The notes beneath the pieces were generated by a model. The model ran no database searches. It worked only from the letters and a program-made list of their open reading frames with translations, and was not told where the DNA came from. This document shows positions 57,071 to 64,000 of a stretch of 64,000 nt of DNA, piece by piece. The position numbers and the translations under genes were made by a program. Numbering within the stretch: the stretch's first letter is position 1; every line of letters begins with the position of its first letter. The stretch is from Acidobacteriota bacterium (GTDB lineage Bacteria; Actinomycetota; Acidimicrobiia; Spongiisociales; ZC4RG35), in NCBI GenBank assembly GCA_022573225.1, contig JACZUI010000001.1, positions 112,883-176,882 of the forward strand, in the 5' to 3' direction.

Positions 57071-57845
57071 ATGCCGACAAGAGATGGATATGCCGTAGGA
57101 ATCCCCTCGTGGACCGACCTCAGCACAACCGATGTCGCGGGAGCGAAGGAGTTCTATACGACGTTGTTCGGATGAGAGTACCGCGAGGAGGAGACCGACT
57201 CGGCTCCCTACTCGATGGCAACGAAGAAGGGGCTGTCGGCGGCGGGCATCGGCGAACTCCAGACTGAAGGCCACCCGCCAGTCTGGAGCACCTACTTCGC
57301 CGTCTCCAACGCCGACGCCACCGCGGCAAAGGTCAAGGATGCCGGAGGGCGAGTGCTCCTGGAACCCTTCGACGTGACGGATGCCGGAAGGATGGCGATC
57401 GTCTCCGACCCCACCGGCGCGGTCTTTGGCATCTGGCAGGCGGGGAACCATTTCGGGGCGGCGATCGTCAATGAGCACGGTGCCCTCAACTGGAACGAGT
57501 TGCTCACCGACGACACCGAAAAGGCGTTGGCGTTCTACCAGGAAGTGTTCGGCCACGAGATCGAAGTCTCAACTTCGCTCACCGGGAGTGACTACTTCCT
57601 CATCAAGGTCGGCGACCGCGGGGTTGCCGGTGCCATGGCGAAGCCGATGGCCGAGATTCCAAACCATTGGGGTGTCTACTTCGCAGTTGACGACGTGGCA
57701 AAGACAATCGTGCAGGCCACAGAAAACGGCGGGTCACTCGTTCACGGACCGCAGGAGATCCCGGAGGTCGGTACGTTCGCCGGTCTTGTCGATCCTTACG
57801 GATCCAACCTTCACCGTGATTCAACTGGCGAGCGAGGTCGACTGA
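57071..57845 (+). pseudogene. two-domain VOC/glyoxalase-family gene with a premature TGA and a 3' frameshift
   Basis: MPTRDGYAVGIPSWTDLSTTDVAGAKEFYTTLFG-TGA(57173-57175)-EYREEE..., where the family has FGW. Near 57805 the family-like ending DPYGS/TFTVIQLASEVD* continues in the +1 frame and stops at 57843-57845, directly before a terminator hairpin. Confidence 0.6.
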
Positions 57846-57850
57846 CAATT

Positions 57851-57882
57851 GAAGAGCCCGGACCTGGCGGCCCGGGCTCTTC
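57851..57882. terminator. intrinsic terminator hairpin between convergent genes
   Basis: GAAGAGCCCGG-(10 nt)-CCGGGCTCTTC, a perfect 11-bp stem. Confidence 0.55.
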
Positions 57883-57916
57883 TCGGTCGTTCTCCTGACG
57901 GCGGGAGGGGAAACCC

Positions 57917-58660
57917 TCAGGAGAACTTGGTCTTGGGCCTGTCCTCGAGGACCTCGTCAATGTAGATGTCGAGTTTCTCGTTGTAGAAAGCCACCAAACC
58001 GGCGATGTCCAGCGACTCTTGCAGTGGTGTGTCGTATCCCCACACGATGTTCTCGTGCACATTGCCTTCGATGGTCACGTTCCAGTAACGGGCGGTGCCC
58101 TTGTAAGGACAGGCGGTGGCAAGGTCGGTCGGCGTGAGCAGATCCATCCGGACGTCGGTCTTGGGGATGTAGTACCGGGTTGGTAGCCCCGTCTCGAACA
58201 GGAATCTGCCATTGGTCGAGTCGGCGACGGTCACGCCGTCGATCTCCACTCTCACCCGACGGCTCGAGGGGAGAATGTCGATCCGGGTGTAGGGGTCCCG
58301 CGGATGGACGTAGACCTCTTCCTCCTCCTCGAACCAGTGATCAAGTGTCTTCCATACGAAGGCGATGTGGCCTTCGAGCTCAGCCATCTTCGGCTGGAGG
58401 AAGGCGTAGGCCGCCCCCTCTTTTCCGCCGGCCTTCACCGTGTACTGGGTTGCCTCGCCCCGGCTTGGTGATCGACGGGTCTCGCCCGTTTCAACAAGGA
58501 GGTCGGTACGAACATCTGCATCGGGGAAGTAGTAAGTCGGGTAGTACGGAACCTCCCAGACGAGCAGAGGAGCGGTGGAGTCGACCACAACCTCGCCGCC
58601 GAGTAAGGCCCGGACTCGTTTGTAACTCTTCTCAACGCGGACTCGGCCACGGTCGGTCAA
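57917..58660 (-). CDS. DUF427 domain protein (two tandem DUF427 domains)
   Basis: VRVEKSYKRVRALLGGEVVVDST..VWE.PYYPTYYFP is repeated as VRVEIDGVTVADST...TRYYIP, then CPYKGTARYW. Confidence 0.75.
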   Translation of the reverse strand: MTDRGRVRVEKSYKRVRALLGGEVVVDSTAPLLVWEVPYYPTYYFPDADVRTDLLVETGETRRSPSRGEATQYTVKAGGKEGAAYAFLQPKMAELEGHIAFVWKTLDHWFEEEEEVYVHPRDPYTRIDILPSSRRVRVEIDGVTVADSTNGRFLFETGLPTRYYIPKTDVRMDLLTPTDLATACPYKGTARYWNVTIEGNVHENIVWGYDTPLQESLDIAGLVAFYNEKLDIYIDEVLEDRPKTKFS

Positions 58661-58723
58661 AATCTGAACACCTCAAAGTGTGGTAGGACTCTTTTCAACC
58701 AGAAGATCTGAGGTGTGATTCCC

Positions 58724-59746
58724 TCAGAATGAGATCGACGTGAGTGTTATCGATCTGGCCAGATCGGCCGACTCCCAATACGCGGCGAACCGGTTACTGA
58801 GTGAATCTGGGCTTTCGGCATAGATCCGCTTCCCGAGTACACGGCAGGCGGTCTGAAGGTCCGACCGACGCTGGGAGACTAGGGCGTTGAGAAGGCTTCT
58901 CTCCACCGGGTTGGGGCAGAGGTCGGGTCGCTCAGACACCAGGGAGAGAATCTCGGCGAGATCATGATCCTCGCCAAGCAGGTCGCCAATCCGCTCCAGT
59001 GTCAGGGCCATTCCCAGAACCACCTCAGGCCAGAGCGGAGTGAGTATCTCGAGTTGGTGCCTGAAATACTTGGTTCGCTTACGCCAAGAGTGAAATGTCG
59101 CCGGAACCGGTGATTTATACGCGGCAACCATCTCCCGTCTCCCACGCCGATAGGTGAGTCTCAGGCCTGGCCCAACAGCCTGGTATGTGTTCCTGATACC
59201 AACGCCATACACCGGTCTGGCTTCGGGATCGGTAGGCCACGACGAGTAGCGCCCATGCGCCTTCTCCAGGTTGGCCACGACTTTCGGAATCAGCTCCGGG
59301 TCCTCCATGACCCGCTCTTCTGTCTGATCGCGCCGAATCACAAGCCTTTCGGTCAGTTCTCCGAAGGTGCCCTGGGCCAGCAGCGGGCCATATACCCGCG
59401 CAATATCCTCGATGCCATCAGCGGTGACCGCGGCAGATCGCACCGACGACAGGAGCCGGCCGGTATCGCGAAGGGCTGAGTTCTCATACCGAAAGGCCTT
59501 CTCACCTATCTCGGATCGCACCAGTCGGAGCAAGGCCCTGATCCGTTTGATCGACTTGCGAGCCTCGTGGACCGCCAACCGAAACGACTCCTCACCTTCG
59601 TAGAACCCGGACACGGCTATTTCGATCTCGTTGAGGCTGAGTCGCTTCAGGCCATGGGCCAACGGCTCGTCCACCTGGAGGGTGAACCGCGGAATCGGCA
59701 CGACAACGGCACCCGGGGGGTTGGCCGGTGCCTTGGAGAGCGTCAC
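58724..59746 (-). CDS. CHAD domain protein
   Basis: AVHEARKSIKRIRALLRLVR ... WRKRTKYFRHQLE ... GEDHDL. The start is uncertain, with in-frame candidates from 59746 up to 59833. Confidence 0.7.
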   Translation of the reverse strand: MTLSKAPANPPGAVVVPIPRFTLQVDEPLAHGLKRLSLNEIEIAVSGFYEGEESFRLAVHEARKSIKRIRALLRLVRSEIGEKAFRYENSALRDTGRLLSSVRSAAVTADGIEDIARVYGPLLAQGTFGELTERLVIRRDQTEERVMEDPELIPKVVANLEKAHGRYSSWPTDPEARPVYGVGIRNTYQAVGPGLRLTYRRGRREMVAAYKSPVPATFHSWRKRTKYFRHQLEILTPLWPEVVLGMALTLERIGDLLGEDHDLAEILSLVSERPDLCPNPVERSLLNALVSQRRSDLQTACRVLGKRIYAESPDSLSNRFAAYWESADLARSITLTSISF

Positions 59747-59770
59747 CCGGCCAGCGTAATGTCGGGGTTG

Positions 59771-60205
59771 ATGAGATCCGCGGGTCTTCTTCCCTACCGA
59801 ATCAACGAGCACCTGGAGGTGTTGATCGCCCACCCGGGAGGGCCCTACTTCGCCCGACGCGACGACGGGTGGTGGTCGCTGGTCAAAGGAATCGTCGAAC
59901 CTTCGGAGTCGGACAGAGTGGCTGCCATTCGGGAATTCACCGAGGAAACGGGGTGGGAGGCGCCCCCGCAGCCCTGGGTCGACCTCGGTGAGACCACCCT
60001 CAAATCACGAAAGGTCGTGAGGGCGTGGGCGGTGGAGGCCGACTTCGACCCTGCCGCCCTCGTCCCGGGGACCTTCAAGATGGGTTCCCGGGAGTTCCCC
60101 GAGATCGACCGGGTCGCCTGGGTGGATCCCGACCTCGGTCGGATCAAACTCAACCCGGCTCAAGCGGTCTTCATCGATCGCCTCAGCCTGCATTTGGGTC
60201 TTTAA
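59771..60205 (+). CDS. NUDIX hydrolase
   Basis: Nudix box [22 protein letters not shown]. The start is ATG 59771 or 59759. Confidence 0.7.
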   Translation: MRSAGLLPYRINEHLEVLIAHPGGPYFARRDDGWWSLVKGIVEPSESDRVAAIREFTEETGWEAPPQPWVDLGETTLKSRKVVRAWAVEADFDPAALVPGTFKMGSREFPEIDRVAWVDPDLGRIKLNPAQAVFIDRLSLHLGL

Positions 60206-60239
60206 CCCCAAGTAACCCAACTCCTATAAGAATGAGCAC

Positions 60240-60653
60240 ATGAAAGACATGAAGGACACTCCAAAGACCAAAGCCGAGTGGCGGGACAAGCTGACTCCCG
60301 AGCAGTATCAGGTGTTGCGAAAATCCGGGACCGAGCGAGCTTTCACAGGCGAATACTGGGATTCCAAAACGGCAGGAACCTACCGGTGCGCCGGATGTGG
60401 CGAAGAGCTGTTTTCCAGTGACACCAAGTACGAGTCGCAGTCTGGTTGGCCCAGCTTCTACGCGCCGCTCAACCCCGAGATAATCGACGAGGAGTCGGAT
60501 AGGGCATTCGGTATGGTCCGCACCGAGGTGAAGTGCGCCAACTGTGGCGGACATTTGGGTCATCTGTTCGACGACGGCCCCAACCCGACCGGCCTCCGCT
60601 ACTGCATCAACTCGGCCGCTCTCGATCTCGAAGCAGACGAGGACGAGGGCTGA
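60240..60653 (+). CDS. msrB: peptide-methionine (R)-S-oxide reductase
   Basis: [14 protein letters not shown]...[22 protein letters not shown]. Confidence 0.9.
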   Translation: MKDMKDTPKTKAEWRDKLTPEQYQVLRKSGTERAFTGEYWDSKTAGTYRCAGCGEELFSSDTKYESQSGWPSFYAPLNPEIIDEESDRAFGMVRTEVKCANCGGHLGHLFDDGPNPTGLRYCINSAALDLEADEDEG

Positions 60654-60660
60654 GATCTCC

Positions 60661-61242
60661 TCACGGAGCGGTCTGATACCTCTTCAACAATTCGACGAAC
60701 TCGGAGTGGTGTTGGCCCAGCGGGACATCCTCTGCCCTGAAATGGCCCACGATGAGGCCCTCGGAATCGTCAAGACGGGATCCGACGCCTCGCATCATCC
60801 GCAACACAATCTCGTTTTCCGGATGAACTGAGAAGTACAACCCGCCAACTCCGTTGTGAACGGCAGACGTGACGAGAGCATCAAAGAGAGTCCGGCCCAG
60901 CCCCCGCCACTGAAACTCGTCGACAACGGCGACGGCTACCTCCGCTTCGTCGCCGCCGCCCGGTCTGATGTAGCGACCGGTACCGGCGGGAACGTCGTCG
61001 ATGGTCGCCCCCCAGGCGACGTGGTCTATCAAATCGATCTCGGTGAGGTAGTCGAGCTCCGATTCGGAGAGATGGGCGATTCCCGAGCCAAAACGGGCGA
61101 CACGACTTTGCAATGACATATGGGCGAGACCTTCTTCGATCAGGCTGCGATCACCAGGTTGAATCGGTCGGAGCTCAGCGGCAGAACCGTCCCTCAGCAT
61201 GACTTCGACAGTGGGAAGGGCGCCTTCCGAGGAAGTGGTCAT
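60661..61242 (-). CDS. GNAT-family N-acetyltransferase
   Basis: VAVVDEFQWRGLGRTLFDAL (acetyl-CoA binding motif). Confidence 0.75.
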   Translation of the reverse strand: MTTSSEGALPTVEVMLRDGSAAELRPIQPGDRSLIEEGLAHMSLQSRVARFGSGIAHLSESELDYLTEIDLIDHVAWGATIDDVPAGTGRYIRPGGGDEAEVAVAVVDEFQWRGLGRTLFDALVTSAVHNGVGGLYFSVHPENEIVLRMMRGVGSRLDDSEGLIVGHFRAEDVPLGQHHSEFVELLKRYQTAP

Positions 61243-61351
61243 CAGGGGTGCTCGCTACAGCAGGCGCGGATCGGAGGTCTTCATGCTGTTCGGAGCGTAC
61301 AACTGCCGTATTGCCAATCCAGGGTGCGGAACCCAGGTATCTTCACCGCCA

Positions 61352-62278
61352 ATGGCGCGGCAGAGGCTGGCAACAGTCACATCGGAGTTCGGATCGAGCA
61401 AACGCGAATCTCATGACTCTTCTCCCTTCTATGACCGATTTGGAGCACCGGTCATCTCCAAAGACGAGCGGGTCGAGACGCCTGTTCTCGTAGACCAACT
61501 ATTCGTGGGCGACGCCAGAGAGATGACCGCCGGTCAGGTGGCAGACCGATCGGTTGCCTTGGTGGTGACCTCGCCCCCCTACTTCGCCGGCAAGGAGTAC
61601 GAGAATGATCTCGCCGAAGGCCATGTGCCTGCCAGCTACGCCGAGTATCTGGCAATGCTCACAGACGTTTTGGCCGTATCCCTCCACAAACTCGAGCCAG
61701 GTGGCCGAATGGCCGTCAACGTCGCCAACCTGGGTCGAAAGCCATATCGGTCTCTTTCCGCCGACGTCACCTCGATTCTCCAGGATGATCTCGGGATGTT
61801 GATGCGGGGAGAGGTCATCTGGCAGAAGGCGAAAGGCGCCGCAGGAAGCTGTGCCTGGGGGTCGTACAAGTCACCCCAGAATCCGGTGCTGCGCGACATC
61901 ACTGAGCGAGTGATCATCGCGTCAAAGGGGCGGTTCGACCGGGCACTCAAACGGCCCAGGCGCGAGAAGCTGGGGCTGCCCCACATCCCCACCATAGAGA
62001 CGGACGAGTTCCTCAAGGCGACCATCGACGTGTGGGAGATCCCCTCCGAGAGCGCGACGAAGGTGGGGCATCCGGCCCCGTTTCCGGTTGCCCTGCCCCG
62101 GCGGCTGATAGAGCTTTACACGTACCAAGGAGACCTGGTGCTCGATCCATTCCTTGGGTCCGGCTCGACCGCAGTCGCTGCGGTCGAAACCGCACGGCAC
62201 TACGTCGGGTTCGACACCGAAGCCGAGTACGTCGCTCTGGCACGAAGCCGCATCGAGGCGGCGGGAGCCGTAGATTGA
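61352..62278 (+). CDS. beta-class N6-adenine/N4-cytosine DNA methyltransferase, no adjacent endonuclease
   Basis: The catalytic motif VVTSPPYFAGKEY is N-terminal. The SAM motif LVLDPFLGSGSTAVAA is C-terminal. Confidence 0.8.
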   Translation: MARQRLATVTSEFGSSKRESHDSSPFYDRFGAPVISKDERVETPVLVDQLFVGDAREMTAGQVADRSVALVVTSPPYFAGKEYENDLAEGHVPASYAEYLAMLTDVLAVSLHKLEPGGRMAVNVANLGRKPYRSLSADVTSILQDDLGMLMRGEVIWQKAKGAAGSCAWGSYKSPQNPVLRDITERVIIASKGRFDRALKRPRREKLGLPHIPTIETDEFLKATIDVWEIPSESATKVGHPAPFPVALPRRLIELYTYQGDLVLDPFLGSGSTAVAAVETARHYVGFDTEAEYVALARSRIEAAGAVD

Positions 62279-62730
62279 AGATCCTCGCGGTCTGCCTCGG
62301 CAACATCTGTAGGTCCCCGGCGGCAGAAGCTGCAATCCGCGATTCGGCTGCTTCGGCCGGAGTCGACGTCGAGGTCGACTCGGCCGGCATGGGTTCCTGG
62401 AACATCGGCCAAAGTCCCCATCCCGAGTCGATTGCCGCCGGCGAAAGGGTCGGACTTCGGGTGGAGGGAAGGGCAAGAAAGGTCATAGTGGCCGACTTCG
62501 ACCGCTTCGACATACTCCTGGCGATGGATAGGTCAAACCTACGGGAACTTCAAGCGATTGCGCCCAGTGCTGCGGCGAAAGCCAAGGTCAGGTTGTTCCG
62601 AACCTACGATCCAATCACCGATGAGGACGAGGTGCCCGACCCATGGGGTGGTCCTGCGGAGGATTACGACGAGACGATCCGCATCGTGCGGGCGGCCGCC
62701 GACGGCCTGGTCGACGCCCTCAAGACCTGA
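62274..62730 (+). CDS. low-molecular-weight protein-tyrosine phosphatase
   Basis: LKILAVCLGNICRSPAAE P-loop, and DPWGG. The TTG start overlaps the methyltransferase stop (TTGA). Confidence 0.8.
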
Positions 62731-62754
62731 TACCGCCCCGTCCCGCGAACAGGC

Positions 62755-63480
62755 CTAGCCGTGGAGGATTCGGTGACCCTCCAGGTAGAAGTCGATTGCC
62801 TTCGGGATCGGATCGTCGGATTCGATCAGCTCCTGATATGACAGGCTCGATCCATTGAACGATTTGTCGTTCCAGTAGGGATTGGATCGATCGATCTCCG
62901 ACCAGGGGGCAACGTATATATAGGGCTCCGGATGACCGCCGTCTCCCGGCGAGGCCCCAAAACTCGCCCGCTGGCCGAGCGATTGATCTCCAAGTTCAGC
63001 CGCGGCGTCGAAGTGCTCCGGCCAAAGCTGCACCTCGGAAGGATCGTCACCGTCAACCGCGTGAGACTTCAGTTCCTCGAGAACAGCCCATGCAAAAGCG
63101 AACCATTGGCCCAACGCCTGGGTCGCTTCCGGGTCGATGTCGAGCTGTTGTTCCGGGTCCAGAGGGGTGAGCGGATCGCGGAACTCGGAAAACCACTCCA
63201 CGTCGTAGTCGTTCCCGAAGAACTCAACTGCGTCCCTCACTGAAGAAATGGTTCTCGTGGCGACCGAATCACCGTCCTGGTGAACTAGGAGGTTGCCCTC
63301 AACCCGCACAGTCCGGCCATCGAAATCAGGTGTGCCGAAACCACCGGGTTGGGGGCGGAGACCCATCCGACCCACGACCCGGTAGCGGCTCGGGCTGAGC
63401 GCAAAGAACGCGATTTGGTGGAGGTGATCTCGCGTCGTTGCAAAGCTGTCGGGCAATGGCCCCAGCGCAAAGTCACTCAT
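62755..63480 (-). CDS. conserved hypothetical protein
   Basis: 241-aa ORF. ATGA overlap with the upstream DoxX gene. No family recognised. Confidence 0.55.
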   Translation of the reverse strand: MSDFALGPLPDSFATTRDHLHQIAFFALSPSRYRVVGRMGLRPQPGGFGTPDFDGRTVRVEGNLLVHQDGDSVATRTISSVRDAVEFFGNDYDVEWFSEFRDPLTPLDPEQQLDIDPEATQALGQWFAFAWAVLEELKSHAVDGDDPSEVQLWPEHFDAAAELGDQSLGQRASFGASPGDGGHPEPYIYVAPWSEIDRSNPYWNDKSFNGSSLSYQELIESDDPIPKAIDFYLEGHRILHG

Positions 63481-63989
63481 GCCGCAGCGTCCTCCTTGAT
63501 TGGTTTCCTCCAGAATATGGCCAGCTGTCCCGCGGCGATGACAAACCCAAGCGCAATGATCCCTGCCCCAACCCAACCATTCAGATCGTCGGCGATGCCC
63601 AGAGCCGAGTCGATGCTGACACTGCCGGGCCCCCCAATCGCCAGCGCCACCGCCACAACCGTGAGCGTGGCCACGTACTCATAGCCCTCATCGGGCCGAT
63701 GAAAGACGAAGAATCCGACAGCGCGGTGGATGGCCCAAAACGCCACGAGCATCGTTGCCGCGAGCCCTGCGGCAGCGACGCTGGTGAGTAGTCCCAGGAT
63801 CAGAAATATCCCGATCGCTACCTCATTGGCTGCCGAAATGAATGCTTGGAGCTTGGGCGAGCGAAACCCGACAGAGCCGAACCAGTTGGCCGTGCGCTCG
63901 AGGTTCCGAGCGTGGTTGACGCCGTGGGCGATGATCACAAACCCGGCCCACACTCGGAGCAGGAGAAGGGCAATATCGATGTTGGTCAT
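63477..63989 (-). CDS. DoxX family membrane protein
   Basis: IALLLLRVWAGFVIIAHG, four helices. Confidence 0.8.
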   Translation of the reverse strand: MTNIDIALLLLRVWAGFVIIAHGVNHARNLERTANWFGSVGFRSPKLQAFISAANEVAIGIFLILGLLTSVAAAGLAATMLVAFWAIHRAVGFFVFHRPDEGYEYVATLTVVAVALAIGGPGSVSIDSALGIADDLNGWVGAGIIALGFVIAAGQLAIFWRKPIKEDAAA

Positions 63990-64000
63990 ATCTCCTCCTT

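Noticed and set aside
57173-57175. The TGA in the VOC gene as a third selenocysteine codon.
   Set aside because: It replaces a conserved Trp, not a Cys. The nearest hairpin starts later and has no GU in its loop. The same gene also carries a frameshift, so a nonsense mutation or sequencing error is more likely.
58667-58718. An 8-bp inverted repeat (ACACCTCA ... TGAGGTGT) between the CHAD and DUF427 genes.
   Set aside because: The stem is short and the loop is about 34 nt. It could be a weak attenuator, but the evidence is insufficient.
60661-62278. The GNAT gene or the flanking ORFs as the restriction partner of the DNA methyltransferase.
   Set aside because: The upstream gene has a clear acetyl-CoA binding GNAT motif and the downstream gene is an LMW-PTP. 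No nuclease motifs (PD-(D/E)xK or HNH) were seen.

Overview
High-GC, gene-dense chromosomal segment that looks actinobacterial. This is an inference from gene content: F420/PPOX and DUF385 proteins, GabD2-like ALDH, stand-alone NHEJ ligase and LigD-type polymerase, NrdR-box-controlled class II RNR, and many ATGA/GTGA start-stop overlaps. I call about 70 protein genes, and most are ordinary core functions: nrdJ, an NCS2 purine permease, azlCD, deoD, a pabB-pabC fusion, two ABC exporters, dus, maf, tandem S41 peptidases, a Fur/Zur-controlled metal uptake locus, msrA, msrB, tkt, an ALDH and an MFS transporter. The unusual part is 46.5-53.4 kb. A 5'-truncated IS110-family transposase is followed by single-gene units of unrelated function. 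These units are separated by a conserved imperfect-palindromic repeat family with attC-like architecture (core CAGCCGCCCATAAGTGCCGTTATGTGCGGCC). I read this as an integron-like cassette array with no integrase visible in the window. Two genes carry an in-frame TGA exactly where a conserved Cys is expected, one at the left window edge and one inside the cassette region. Each TGA is followed 10-11 nt later by a GC-rich hairpin with GU in the loop, so both are candidate selenoproteins. Several genes look decayed: a Dabb protein, an RHH antitoxin, a VOC/glyoxalase, the transposase and possibly the NCS2 permease N-terminus. No rRNA, tRNA or CRISPR array was found. All family assignments come from motif recognition by eye, and no database search was possible.
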